Shown: positions 49,576-60,372 of the stretch, piece after piece | Layout of the letters: each line of letters opens with the position of its first letter | Numbering within the stretch: the stretch's first letter is position 1 | Assembly: GCA_938004065.1 (NCBI GenBank) | Contig: CALKWM010000041.1 | Span: 26,889 to 90,888, forward strand | Origin: an uncultured bacterium | GTDB lineage: Bacteria > Patescibacteriota > JAHJAL01 | Length of the DNA stretch: 64,000 nucleotides | Direction of reading: 5' to 3' | Position numbers and translations under genes: made by a program | Notes under the pieces: model-generated | The model's input: only the letters and a program-made list of their open reading frames with translations | Told to the model about the DNA's origin: nothing | Databases searched by the model: none

Positions 49576-50415
49576 TTATTTTGCGATAACCAATTCAATA
49601 TTTTCCCGAATATTTTTCAAAAAATTTTTGAAATTACTCGGATTAAATTTGAAAACAATTAACGGTTCGTCAGTGTTTTTATTTATATTCCTGCACAAAA
49701 ATATTTTTTTATCTATAGATATTTTTTGGTCATCCCAATCCATAATCAATACTTTCACTGAACCAGGGCAAATCTTTTCAATTTCATGATATATTTCCTT
49801 AGGATCTTCCAATTTTGATATATCCAATGATAAATATAAATCTACCGAAGATGATAAAAGTTTTCTGACTCTACAAAATTGACATAAAAATTTTTCTACA
49901 TCATCATTTGGAATATCAACTGTCGCTATATAACGACCGATATTTTTGAAATTATCCATCAAACTAATATAAAACCAAAAATTTTCAAATCTGATTATCT
50001 TGAGTTTGTTAAGATTGTACTTTTTGTCCCTTCTACAATAATTCCAAACTAATATCTCCTGCTTAATTTCAGGTAATAATTGATCTAAAGCAACATTTAT
50101 CGCAGAACATGACTTTTTTGAAATATCTTTTTTGGAGGTCATTATATCCGGTATAAACATACCAAATATACCTATTTTGTGTTTTCTGGCAATATTTTTA
50201 ACATTCAACCTCTTAGTGCCATTTACAAACATTCCTATGGAGATATCTAGATCTGAAATATTTTCAAGTACTTTCAAATAATTATTTACTATTATACTAG
50301 TCGGAAATACCTTTCTTAATTTATTTTTTATAAAAACTTTGCTATCCAGTGTGAGCAAACTACTGGAATCGATAGCAAAATACATCATTTTTTTCACCTC
50401 CTTTTTAAGATTCAT
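49576..50415 (-). CDS. Hypothetical protein (279 aa). No recognisable motif.
   Basis: ORF only. It is preceded on its own strand by a 400-bp AT-rich region with nested inverted repeats. Confidence 0.4.
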   Translation of the reverse strand: MNLKKEVKKMMYFAIDSSSLLTLDSKVFIKNKLRKVFPTSIIVNNYLKVLENISDLDISIGMFVNGTKRLNVKNIARKHKIGIFGMFIPDIMTSKKDISKKSCSAINVALDQLLPEIKQEILVWNYCRRDKKYNLNKLKIIRFENFWFYISLMDNFKNIGRYIATVDIPNDDVEKFLCQFCRVRKLLSSSVDLYLSLDISKLEDPKEIYHEIEKICPGSVKVLIMDWDDQKISIDKKIFLCRNINKNTDEPLIVFKFNPSNFKNFLKNIRENIELVIAK

Positions 50416-50823
50416 ATTTCTAAAGCCATTATATCAATTTTTTTTCTTTTTTCTCTTATCTTCTTGTTTAAATCAGAGTAGGGAAGTACCAAATTTACAA
50501 GTTTGTAAATATCGTCTATGTCATATATATTATTAGAAAAAGATTTACATAATGCGTTATATTTTATTTTATTATTTTATAGAGAAATAAAGCTGATTAA
50601 TTTTGTGCGACATAAGATTTTAAATTACATTTGCTTAGTCGAATAATCGAGGATCAATTATTCGCAGTAAAAATATTATTATCAAACATTAATTTATCTA
50701 TAAATATCACACAATCACAAACACGACAAAAGTTTCACCTTATATTAATATAGTCGCACAAGATACATTGTACGACTATTTATTTTACTTATTTTCCCAC
50801 TCCTCTATTGATCTCCAATTCCT

Positions 50824-53802
50824 CTAAACCTCATCACCATCTATGTCTTCAAATACCTCACCGTCCGTACCGATAACTATCTCACCCATATTGGAAAACT
50901 TTGAGTTTTTACTATTTTGGATACTCTTGGTATCACCCACACCTTTATTGCTCGCCTTGAGTGTTTTATTGACATTTTTAACATCATTTTGCATATCTTT
51001 ACTCTGCTTCAATTTCGCTAATTTTGCCTTGACATAATCTGCTTTTTGAATAGATTGTTCGTCTTTAATCACTTTTGGCATTACATCAACTTTCTTCTTT
51101 TTGGGTGGTTTTATGTAAACTTTTTTTTCAACGGTTTTATTATTAAATTTTTGAGAATCCTTAACAACATTGCTAACTGCTTTTTTCACATCTACATTTT
51201 CATTTTCGCTTTTGATAACATTTGTATCAGACTTCTTTTGCTGAAACTTTTTCAATTTTTCAATCAAACTACTCTGCTTTTTTATCTGTTCTTCGTTCAT
51301 TACTTCCGGTTTAGTGTTTTCAACTGGAAATCGTCCCCTACCCCCTCGGCGATTGCCTTTTTGTTGCTTTTCTATCATTTCTCCTTCGACTTTTCGTTTA
51401 TCCAACGATTCCGCCCATTCATTTAGTTTTTTTTCAACAAAACTCCTCTGTGTACCATATCTTTCTCTGGAAACACGTTGAATTTTTTCTTTGTTTCCCG
51501 TCTTTTTTTCGGGCAAATCCAAAGTGGTGGCACTAAATGGCGCTGAAGAAATACCGTCAATAGTCATCCGTAAATAGATCTGAAATCTTTCCAAATTTAC
51601 CAAATCCTCATTGGTAAAAGTCGGCGCAAACTCTTTGGCCAGGTGATCAGCATCGTTAGCTCCCACACGAAATGATACGAGTGTACCTACGTTACCAAAA
51701 ATTGCTTCTCGCACACTATCCTCCATCTGAGCAATATATTGATTGGCTACATGAAGGTTCAGATTGTATTTTCTCGCTTCGGACAAAATAGCCGCAAAAC
51801 TCTCGGTAGCAAAGTTTTGAAATTCATCAACGTACAAATTGAAAGGTACACGTTCACTCTTGGGAATATCTTGACGACTCATAGCCGCCAACTGAATCTT
51901 GGTCACCATCGTGGCACCCAACAAAGCTGAATTATCTTCACCCACAATACCTTTTGATACTTTTACCAAAAATATTTTACTCTCATCCATTATTTGTCTG
52001 ATATTCATGGAACTCGTTGGCTGTCCAATCATATTGCGAATAGTTGCACTGGCCAGAAATTGACCAACTTTATTTTGGATAGGCATCACCGCTTCCTGCC
52101 TGATTTTATCGGGGTATCCTTCAAATTCAGTCATCCAGAAATCCCTGACAACCGGATCTTTCACTTTTTTCAAAACCTCTTCACGATAAAATTTATCTGT
52201 TAACAATCGGGGCACACCCAAAAAAGTACTACCCGGATAATCCAGAAGTGCCAAAAACGTGTATCGTAATATATGCTCCAATCGAGGCCCCCATGAATCA
52301 GCAAAAAGTTTTTTGAAAATCCCAACCAATCCCGAAGTTACAATCGGTTTGTAATCATCTTCAACTTGTTCCAACAAATTGAACGCCATTGGGTTTTCTT
52401 TGTCTCCCGGATCAAACAATATCACGTCATTTACTCGACTTTTCGGAACGTACTCTAAAATAGTATCAACAAAATCTCCATGCGGATCAACCACTGCCAC
52501 TCCCCGACCTTTGTAAATGTCATCGATAACCATGTTTTGCAACAAAGATGTTTTACCCATACCGGTCTTACCAACTATATATGTGTGATAAGATCTGTCT
52601 CCTATCTTTAAACCAAATTTATTCTCCAAACCCCTAAAATTTGTTTGCCCAAAGATAGTTAAATCTTCCTTGGGGGTATTCATCAATGTTGGTAAATTAC
52701 TTGGCGGTTCAGCCGTTTTGGCAGTTGACCAAACTATAGCCGGTGTTTCTACCGATATACTTGGCAAATGATACAAACTAGCCAATTCTTTTACGTTTAA
52801 AACATACCCCCTGCCCCAGAAACTTCTCTTGATATAGGCATTGATATCTGATTTTTGATTTATATTTACCGTTTTACAATAAAAACCGTTGATATTGCTG
52901 GCATTATATTGTTTAAAAGTACTGACAATGGAATTCATTTTGCTTTTAGCATCATTAGTATCATCAGCAAAGCAAATTACTCTGATTTTTGTCTCATAGC
53001 CCAATTTGGTAGTCTTTTCACCGATCGCTTTGATTGCCTCCTCCTCTTGCACGGTTAAAACCTTTTTTGTTCCGGCCGCTTCTTCCGTTTTAGCACCCGA
53101 AGTCAATAAATGTGTAATTATTATCGACAGAAAATGCCAAAAAGAGCCAAATATTCCCATAGAATGGTATTCGCCTCTGATTTTTTGTACTTGTTGTTTA
53201 GATTTCTCCATCCACTTGTTATCCGTCGGACGTACCAAAATTTGCACCCAAATCTGATTATTCAAGTCACCCATTTTACTCAAAACCGCCGTCACACCGG
53301 CCAACGGATCAACTTCAAATGTATCAAAAGTTCTAATTGGAAATGCTTCACTTTTTTCCAATTCGATTTCACAACTACTAAAATTACGATTCAATCCATC
53401 GTATTCCTGGGTATAATCATCCACTCTTTCAATAAGTAAAGTTGGATATTGAGCATACATCTGACCTTCCAAAAACTCGATTATCTGTTCCGGAGCGGTT
53501 GCATAAAACTTGATATATTTACTGGAAGAGACAACTTCAAAACTGATATGTTCTTGCAAGCTACCCTCGACAAAACGATCCCACTTTTTACGATAGATAC
53601 CATGCAAACTGGCGAACATTTGTTCGGCCGAGAGAGCTGTCTTCTCGTTATTTTTCGGCACTTTCAACAACAACGTAACCATCTTCTGTTTCGAAAGCCA
53701 ATTACGATAACGCCGACTCTGCACAGCTAAAAATATCAGATAGATTACACCTACCCATACCGCCAAAAGCAGCAAAAATATCCCAAAATAATAGATAAAC
53801 AT
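50824..53802 (-). CDS. Membrane-anchored P-loop ATPase of the FtsK/HerA/TrwB (VirD4-type coupling protein, DUF87) superfamily. It has an extra ~380-aa N-terminal domain and a ~230-aa Lys-rich disordered C-terminal tail ending in an acidic tip.
   Basis: N-terminal TM helix. Walker A YIVGKTGMGKTSLLQNMV followed by VAVVDPHGDF (compare TrwB IVDPNGDM and HerA DPHGEY). Walker B region NLYVDEFQNF … HVANQYIAQM. The tail is K/E/N-rich and ends GTDGEVFEDIDGDEV. Confidence 0.7.
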   Translation of the reverse strand: MFIYYFGIFLLLLAVWVGVIYLIFLAVQSRRYRNWLSKQKMVTLLLKVPKNNEKTALSAEQMFASLHGIYRKKWDRFVEGSLQEHISFEVVSSSKYIKFYATAPEQIIEFLEGQMYAQYPTLLIERVDDYTQEYDGLNRNFSSCEIELEKSEAFPIRTFDTFEVDPLAGVTAVLSKMGDLNNQIWVQILVRPTDNKWMEKSKQQVQKIRGEYHSMGIFGSFWHFLSIIITHLLTSGAKTEEAAGTKKVLTVQEEEAIKAIGEKTTKLGYETKIRVICFADDTNDAKSKMNSIVSTFKQYNASNINGFYCKTVNINQKSDINAYIKRSFWGRGYVLNVKELASLYHLPSISVETPAIVWSTAKTAEPPSNLPTLMNTPKEDLTIFGQTNFRGLENKFGLKIGDRSYHTYIVGKTGMGKTSLLQNMVIDDIYKGRGVAVVDPHGDFVDTILEYVPKSRVNDVILFDPGDKENPMAFNLLEQVEDDYKPIVTSGLVGIFKKLFADSWGPRLEHILRYTFLALLDYPGSTFLGVPRLLTDKFYREEVLKKVKDPVVRDFWMTEFEGYPDKIRQEAVMPIQNKVGQFLASATIRNMIGQPTSSMNIRQIMDESKIFLVKVSKGIVGEDNSALLGATMVTKIQLAAMSRQDIPKSERVPFNLYVDEFQNFATESFAAILSEARKYNLNLHVANQYIAQMEDSVREAIFGNVGTLVSFRVGANDADHLAKEFAPTFTNEDLVNLERFQIYLRMTIDGISSAPFSATTLDLPEKKTGNKEKIQRVSRERYGTQRSFVEKKLNEWAESLDKRKVEGEMIEKQQKGNRRGGRGRFPVENTKPEVMNEEQIKKQSSLIEKLKKFQQKKSDTNVIKSENENVDVKKAVSNVVKDSQKFNNKTVEKKVYIKPPKKKKVDVMPKVIKDEQSIQKADYVKAKLAKLKQSKDMQNDVKNVNKTLKASNKGVGDTKSIQNSKNSKFSNMGEIVIGTDGEVFEDIDGDEV

Positions 53803-53841
53803 GATCTAAATAAATCCTTTTTTAAAAATTTTCTTTGTTAT

Positions 53842-54948
53842 TTATTTTTCTTTTATCCGATACATACCATCTGCGGTACGCTCAAAGTATTCTTTATTGT
53901 GTAAATTAATTACAATCGTATTTTTCTTCACCATTCTGGATTTAGCTACGGCATCGATTATTTCTTCTCTAGTTAACGGACCCTTTTTCTTCAAAACATC
54001 GACAATCACATCCACTACCGTACCGGGTTTGTAACCCCATTCTTTCAATGCGTATATACCCTTACCAATCAGAACATATCGATCATCTGCAATCAATTCA
54101 TTGTGAACCGCTTGGTGAGTAATTTTTTTCTGATGGATAAAATCCTCATTTTCAATACTTTCGGTTAATTCCAAAAAATGCATCGGTTTGCTATTTTTTT
54201 TCAAAATATAATAAATTTTATCACGAATATTTTTTGGGTTTATAAAAGTCCACTCATACAAACCATATTTATCGTTTTCAATAAGCATAACTGATTTAGA
54301 CAAATCCAACACTGATTCCAATAGATTTTTATCAACCCCATGTCTATCCACTACATAGTCATAAATATGATCAATATGTTTAACATCTTTTTCACTTTGC
54401 AAATATGCTTTCACGTCCTTCAGTAACTCCAACACTACTTTTTCCTCACAATCTTCCAAACACCAGGATGGGTTTTTGTGATCACATTCTTTCACATAAT
54501 ACAGCTCCGGATGGACTTCAAAAATCAATCTTAAAGCATTGGCATTGATTTCATCATATTTATTTTGCAAAAGTTTTTTTATCAAAGTCTCTTCAGACAT
54601 AATCCCACCGGCATTTTCCAATTCATGCACTACCATATAACTGATTGGTGAAAAATGTTTATAATTGACTTCCTTGGCCAATCTTTTTATAGCCGCTTTT
54701 TCAATCTGTCTAATCCTCTCCCGTGTTACACCATAACTATCACCTATTTCCTGCAAAGTTTTGATTTCACCATTGTTTAAACCAAATCTTTTTTTTAAAA
54801 CATGACGTTGTTTCCGTTTTAAACCCGAAAAAGCTTTACCAATAATCTTGTTCAAATCCGCCTCCGACATCTCTTCACGATACTGTGAAGCCATGATGCC
54901 ATCAATCATCTTTCCTCCATTTCGTTGATTATCATTGCTATTTTCCAT
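53842..54948 (-). CDS. DNA-binding protein with an N-terminal sigma-70 region-4 HTH and a C-terminal HARE-HTH-like winged helix
   Basis: LKRKQRHVLKKRFGLNNGEIKTLQEIGDSYGVTRERIRQIEKAAIKRL is a textbook sigma r4.2. LIADDRYVLIGKGIYALKEWGY matches the HARE-HTH consensus DxRFxxxGxGxWxLxxW. The gene sits 40 nt upstream of, and on the same strand as, the ATPase. Confidence 0.6.
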   Translation of the reverse strand: MENSNDNQRNGGKMIDGIMASQYREEMSEADLNKIIGKAFSGLKRKQRHVLKKRFGLNNGEIKTLQEIGDSYGVTRERIRQIEKAAIKRLAKEVNYKHFSPISYMVVHELENAGGIMSEETLIKKLLQNKYDEINANALRLIFEVHPELYYVKECDHKNPSWCLEDCEEKVVLELLKDVKAYLQSEKDVKHIDHIYDYVVDRHGVDKNLLESVLDLSKSVMLIENDKYGLYEWTFINPKNIRDKIYYILKKNSKPMHFLELTESIENEDFIHQKKITHQAVHNELIADDRYVLIGKGIYALKEWGYKPGTVVDVIVDVLKKKGPLTREEIIDAVAKSRMVKKNTIVINLHNKEYFERTADGMYRIKEK

Positions 54949-55062
54949 TTTTACCTTCTTACCAACAAAAAATTAAATAAACGCCCGCATAAACACAATA
55001 TATAACTTTGTAATACCTAAAACTATAATATCATTATACTATCCATACATCAATAGTTTTTA

Positions 55063-55653
55063 TCATAATACTTTATCAACCAAACCATACTTTTTCGCTT
55101 CTTCCGGCACCATGAAAAAATCTCTATCCGTATCATGTTCTATCTTGTCAAATTTTTGTCCGGTGTGTTTTACCAATATCTCATTTAATCTCTTTTTCAT
55201 CCTCAGCATCTCCTTGGCCTGAATTTCTACATCGGAAGCTTGACCTTCCACCCCGCCCATAATCTGATGAATCATTACTCTGGAATTTGGCAAAGCGAAT
55301 CTTTTACCTTTTTGCCCGGCTGTTAGCAATACCGCTCCCATAGACGCCGCTTGACCGATACATATTGTTACCACATCCGGTTTTACGTGTTGCATAGTAT
55401 CATAAATCGCCAATCCGGCAGTAACTGATCCTCCGGGTGAATTGATATAGAACATAATGTCTTTTTTACTATCATCACTCTGCAAAAACAATAATTGAGC
55501 TACAATCAAATTTGCCACATCGTCATTGATCGGTGAACCCAAAAAAATAATCCTTTCTTTAAGTAATCTGGAATAAATATCAAAAGCTCGTTCACCAAAA
55601 CTCGATTTTTCCACCACCATTGGTACCAATTGTTCAATCAAATCTTTCTTCAT
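55063..55653 (-). CDS. clpP: ATP-dependent Clp protease proteolytic subunit
   Basis: [11 protein letters not shown] (active-site Ser) and [10 protein letters not shown] (His). Confidence 0.92.
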   Translation of the reverse strand: MKKDLIEQLVPMVVEKSSFGERAFDIYSRLLKERIIFLGSPINDDVANLIVAQLLFLQSDDSKKDIMFYINSPGGSVTAGLAIYDTMQHVKPDVVTICIGQAASMGAVLLTAGQKGKRFALPNSRVMIHQIMGGVEGQASDVEIQAKEMLRMKKRLNEILVKHTGQKFDKIEHDTDRDFFMVPEEAKKYGLVDKVL

Positions 55654-55666
55654 AAAAAAATCCTTT

Positions 55667-57028
55667 TTATTTAGACATTTTACCGATTAATAATTCAAAC
55701 AATTTATCAATCATTAACTGCTGTTCAAAATAGTTTCTTCGATCTTTGGAGTTATACTCTTTCTCATAATCTTTTAAGATTTCCCTCCAGTTTTGTCGAT
55801 GGTTATATTTTAAACTTTCGGCGACTTTATCCAATTCTCGTTTAATATAATCACTTATTTCATCTTTGTCAACAGTTATTTTAAACTCCTTTACCATTTC
55901 ACCAACAATCAAAGCTATTTTCGCTCTTTTATCCGCTTGCTCTTTCCAACCTTCTTTCACCTTTGTTTCGTCCAAACCTTCTTTTTGCATATAATCAGTT
56001 GGTTCAATTCCTCTCTTTTTCAAGTTATCCTCAAATTCATGCCACATCATATGCAATTCCCTCTCCTGCAAACTTAACGGTATCTCCGCCGCAACATTTT
56101 TTTCAATTTCGCTGATAATATCATTTTTCAATTTTTCTGCAGAAGTTATATCTTTCTCCTTTTGTAAACTTTCCTGCAAATATTTTTTAAAAGATTCTAC
56201 CCCTTCCACACCCTCAATCGATAATGTTTTGACAAATTCATCATCCAAAACAGGGGGAACGAGTTTTTTGATCTCATTGACCTTAACATTAAACTTCACT
56301 TTTTTACCGGCCATTCTTTTATCTCGAAAACCATCATCAATATCCAAGTCAAATTCTTTTTCACTACCCTTTTGCAATCCTATCAAATTATCTTCAAAAC
56401 CGGGTATCATTGTATTGTTTCCCACAACCAACGGAAAATTTTTACTGCCCAACTCCGGCTCAATTTTATCATCGATCAAAATATCAAAATCCACATCCAC
56501 CCAATCACCTTTTTCAGATTTATGTTTTTCATCGTGTAATTCCAATTTGGATCTTTTTTTCAAAATATCATCGATAGTCGCTAACAATTCCTTTTCAGTT
56601 ACGGTCGAATCTTCCTTTTTAACTTTTAATTTATCAATATCCGGCAACACAATTTCCGGATAAATATCTACCTCTACATTGATCGTAAAACCTTTCTCGA
56701 AAACATCTCGGTCAACTTGCGATGCAAATTCAATCTTTGGAGTACCGATAGTTAAAAATTCTTCCTTTTTTTCCATTACGAAATCGTAATACGCATTTTT
56801 GACTGCAATATCTACTGTTTCCAATAACAGTTTCTCTTTATCAACATTTTTTTCGATCACACTAATCGGCGCCTTACCTTTACGAAAACCACCAACCTCA
56901 ATCTTTTCACCAATTTCCGCCAAAGCCAATTTTTTAGATTTTTCCATCTGTACGGCATCAACACTAACAGAAAACTTAACTCTTGAGCCCGAAATTTTTT
57001 CGATTTTTTCCTGTTTAGAATTAGTCAC
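55667..57028 (-). CDS. tig: Trigger factor
   Basis: N-terminal ribosome-binding GFRKGKAP and the FKBP-type PPIase region. Classic tig-clpP arrangement. Confidence 0.9.
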   Translation of the reverse strand: MTNSKQEKIEKISGSRVKFSVSVDAVQMEKSKKLALAEIGEKIEVGGFRKGKAPISVIEKNVDKEKLLLETVDIAVKNAYYDFVMEKKEEFLTIGTPKIEFASQVDRDVFEKGFTINVEVDIYPEIVLPDIDKLKVKKEDSTVTEKELLATIDDILKKRSKLELHDEKHKSEKGDWVDVDFDILIDDKIEPELGSKNFPLVVGNNTMIPGFEDNLIGLQKGSEKEFDLDIDDGFRDKRMAGKKVKFNVKVNEIKKLVPPVLDDEFVKTLSIEGVEGVESFKKYLQESLQKEKDITSAEKLKNDIISEIEKNVAAEIPLSLQERELHMMWHEFEDNLKKRGIEPTDYMQKEGLDETKVKEGWKEQADKRAKIALIVGEMVKEFKITVDKDEISDYIKRELDKVAESLKYNHRQNWREILKDYEKEYNSKDRRNYFEQQLMIDKLFELLIGKMSK

Positions 57029-57111
57029 GATTTATTCTCCAATCATTATAATTATACAATACCACCAAATATATATTTGGTCAATCTAGCTAAATTTTTA
57101 ATTTTATTGTC

Positions 57112-58326
57112 CTAAATTTTTAGTACATCCAAACCGGGCAAACTGCCAAATGCAATGTATTCCATCATCGCGCCCCCACTGGTCGAAACGTATTTAAATT
57201 TATCTTCCAATTCATACTTTTTTACAAACGACACCGTATCTCCTCCACCAACCATCGTTATCGCTTTTGATTCAACCATGGATTTTGCCATCAGTTCCGT
57301 CATCTTAGCAAAATTATCCAATTCCACATAACCAAACGGCCCATTCCAAAATATCGATCCGGTCTTAGCAATTATTGACCGATATTTTTCCAAACTCTTT
57401 TCACCCACATCGTACACCGCTTCCGAAGACTCACAAATGCTAAATGGTTTTATCTTTCCCGACAATACCTGATTGATATCAATATTTATCACACTTTTTA
57501 TCTCTTGTTTGTTGATATCCGCCACGATCAAATCCTCGGGATAAACAACATTGATCTTTAATTTATCCAAAAACTCCAAAAAACTATCTACTGCCTGATT
57601 GCTATCTTCAGAAACCACGCTATCGCCGATCTCAAATCCATATCTCTTTAAAAAAGCTACGGCCACACTCGAACCAAATACTACACCATCAAGTTTGGTT
57701 GAAAGCGCTTTAATCACCGGAATTTTGTCAGACAATTTGACGCCACCGAAAAACCCCCAAAAAGGTTTGCGGATATTTCCTAAAAAATCATCAATTTTTT
57801 GTTTTTCCTTTATCAAACCAATCCCACCGTAACTGGGCAAAATTTGAGCAACTTTGGTTACACTGGCATGTTCCCTGTGCGCCACCGAAAAACCATCCAA
57901 AACGAACATGTCGGCCAACTTGGATAACTTGATAGCTAGCTTTTCTTCGCCCTTTTCCTCACCAAATTCAAATCGGATGTTTTCCAACAAAATTACTTTC
58001 CGATGGCAGGCGGTAATATCTTTTTTAGTCACTTCCGTTACCGGCTTGGATATATATTCAACATCTTCACCCAAATACCGATCCAGTTCTTCCGCCACGA
58101 TCTTCATCTTTAAATCTTCCACCACCACACCCCCCGGACGACCGATATGCGAAACGATTACCACTTTCTTGGCACCTTTTTCCAGAATATATTTTGAATT
58201 TTCAATACTATCCAAAATTCTCGTGTTATCAGCAATTTTTCCAAACTCAATCGGCACATTATAATCCGTTCTCACCAATACAACCTTGTCTTTAACATCC
58301 GCTTCGGCAACTGACTTAATTTGCAT
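57112..58326 (-). CDS. pgk: Phosphoglycerate kinase
   Basis: VRTDYNVP, SHIGRPGG, and a C-terminal GGGD / GGA…EYI region. Confidence 0.92.
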   Translation of the reverse strand: MQIKSVAEADVKDKVVLVRTDYNVPIEFGKIADNTRILDSIENSKYILEKGAKKVVIVSHIGRPGGVVVEDLKMKIVAEELDRYLGEDVEYISKPVTEVTKKDITACHRKVILLENIRFEFGEEKGEEKLAIKLSKLADMFVLDGFSVAHREHASVTKVAQILPSYGGIGLIKEKQKIDDFLGNIRKPFWGFFGGVKLSDKIPVIKALSTKLDGVVFGSSVAVAFLKRYGFEIGDSVVSEDSNQAVDSFLEFLDKLKINVVYPEDLIVADINKQEIKSVINIDINQVLSGKIKPFSICESSEAVYDVGEKSLEKYRSIIAKTGSIFWNGPFGYVELDNFAKMTELMAKSMVESKAITMVGGGDTVSFVKKYELEDKFKYVSTSGGAMMEYIAFGSLPGLDVLKI

Positions 58327-59338
58327 ATTTATCCTCCATTGATTTCACCAACTCAAATAACCGGTTGCTATAACCCCACTCATTGTCATACCACGCAATC
58401 AATTTCAACATGTTTCCATCAACAACTTTGGTCAAATCCAAATTTACTATCGCCGAATGTTCATTACCGATAATATCTTTTGAAACCAATGGTTCATAAG
58501 TTACTTCAATCAATCCCTTATAATCTCCAGCTGCCGCTTTCTCTAAAACTTGATTTACTTCTTCTTCGGTAACGTTTTTTTTGAGTAGAAAAGTAAAATC
58601 AGACAAAGAGCCACAAATTACCGGTACCCTGATCGCCATCCCATCAAATTTACCCTCCAGACTTGGAATAGTTTTGGTGGTGGCGATAGCCGCCCCCGTC
58701 GTTGTCGGCACGATATTCGCTCCCGCCGCTCTGCCTCGCCTTTTGTCTTTGTGCGGTGCATCCACCAATTTTTGATCGGCAGTATAGGCATGTATGGTTG
58801 TCATCATGGCTTTTTCAATTCCGAAATTATCATCCACCACTTTGGCTACCGGTGAAATACAATTTGTCGTACAACTGGCATTGGATATAATATCTTGATC
58901 TTTTAAATCCTTCTCATTTACACCAATTACAAATGTTTCCACATCATCAGACTTGGCCGGAGCTGAGATAACCACTCTTTTCGCTCCCGCAGTCAAATGA
59001 GCGCTGGCCTTTGTTCGATCGGTAAAAAAACCGGTTGACTCGACTACCACATCCACACCTAGATCTTTCCAAGGTAAAACAGCTGGATCTTTTTGTGACA
59101 AAACACCGATTTTATGACCATCAATTAGTAAAAAGCCCTGATATACATCATCTCCTGATTCAAATCCAATCTCTCCATCAAATTTTTCATAAACACTATC
59201 ATATTTAAACAAATGCGCCAACGTTTCCACATCGGTTAAATCATTTACCGCTACGATATGGTGATGCCAATCGTTTTTGACTGCCGCCCGCATCACCTGC
59301 CGGCCTATTCGCCCGAATCCATTGATTGCTACTTTCAT
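58316..59338 (-). CDS. gap: Glyceraldehyde-3-phosphate dehydrogenase
   Basis: MKVAINGFGRIGRQV, ASCTTNC and WYDNEWGYS. Confidence 0.95.
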   Translation of the reverse strand: MKVAINGFGRIGRQVMRAAVKNDWHHHIVAVNDLTDVETLAHLFKYDSVYEKFDGEIGFESGDDVYQGFLLIDGHKIGVLSQKDPAVLPWKDLGVDVVVESTGFFTDRTKASAHLTAGAKRVVISAPAKSDDVETFVIGVNEKDLKDQDIISNASCTTNCISPVAKVVDDNFGIEKAMMTTIHAYTADQKLVDAPHKDKRRGRAAGANIVPTTTGAAIATTKTIPSLEGKFDGMAIRVPVICGSLSDFTFLLKKNVTEEEVNQVLEKAAAGDYKGLIEVTYEPLVSKDIIGNEHSAIVNLDLTKVVDGNMLKLIAWYDNEWGYSNRLFELVKSMEDKYAN

Positions 59339-59577
59339 ATATCTCTCCTTTAAGTTAGTTATACAAATAAATACAAAATAACTTACACTACCAGAGCTTT
59401 AAAAATGCTAAATTGTTAAATTGATATATTGTTATTTTTCAACAATTTGACCATTTAACAATTCTTTATTCTTAAGTCTTTATTCTTGCGTCTTAACTTA
59501 AACCATTTAGCAATTTGACCATATTCATTTATTTTTTGCATTCCATTATTTGTAATTTAAAATTTGGTATTTCAATA

Positions 59578-60372
59578 TTACTTTCTATTTTTACTATCAT
59601 TATAAGTATCAAATGCTTTCAAAATTTCCAATGGAACAGCAAACACTACCGTATTTGACTCATCACTTGATATATCATTTATAGTAGCTAATGTCCTAAG
59701 ATGTAACGCTCCTGGTGCTGATGACAATTTATTAGCTGCTTCTACTAGATTATCAGCTGCCTGTAATTCTCCTTCAGCTTTGATAATAGTTGAACGCTTT
59801 TCACGTTCTGATTCTGCCTGTTTGGCAATTGTTCTGACCATATTTTCCGGTAATATTACATCTTTTAATGCTACTGTTTCTACTTCGATTCCCCAGGTAT
59901 CCGTAGTTTTCTCAACTATATCTTTAATTTTTTGTGAAATTTGTTCTCTCTTGGATAACAATTCATCCATTTCTACTTCACCCACGATATTTCTCATCGT
60001 CACTTGAGCCAGTTGAAATATGGCATAATTATAATTTTCTACATCCAGTATAGCTTTGCTGGCATCAATAACTTTATAGTAAATAACCGCACTGATTCTA
60101 ACTGATATATTATCCTTGGTAATAGTCTCCTGTTCAGGTACTTCTACTACCTTCGTTCGCAAATCTACTTTCATCCACGTCTGAAAAATAGGTAATACCA
60201 ATCTCCAACCTGGATCCATCAGGCCACTATAACGTCCGAAAGAAAATTTAACCCCCTTTTCATATTGATTTACCTGTTTGATCGATGACAAAATAATAAA
60301 AAACAAAACTATACCGACCGGCGTAGCCAAACCCAACAAAGCAATTATTATATCCATTGTTACTTTCTCCAA
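59578..60372 (-). CDS. SPFH/band-7 (stomatin/prohibitin-like) membrane protein
   Basis: N-terminal TM helix followed by an SPFH domain (QYEKGVKFSFGRY … TKDNISVRISAVIYYKV … AESEREKRSTIIKAEGE). Confidence 0.85.
   Translation of the reverse strand: MEKVTMDIIIALLGLATPVGIVLFFIILSSIKQVNQYEKGVKFSFGRYSGLMDPGWRLVLPIFQTWMKVDLRTKVVEVPEQETITKDNISVRISAVIYYKVIDASKAILDVENYNYAIFQLAQVTMRNIVGEVEMDELLSKREQISQKIKDIVEKTTDTWGIEVETVALKDVILPENMVRTIAKQAESEREKRSTIIKAEGELQAADNLVEAANKLSSAPGALHLRTLATINDISSDESNTVVFAVPLEILKAFDTYNDSKNRK

Noticed and set aside
50824-53802. Calling the 992-aa ATPase a bona fide conjugative coupling protein (VirD4/TraD) and the locus an ICE or plasmid remnant
   Set aside because: No relaxase, VirB4, integrase or oriT-like repeats are present in the window. 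The N-terminal architecture differs from T4CPs, with one TM helix and a 380-aa extra domain. Only superfamily-level assignment is justified.
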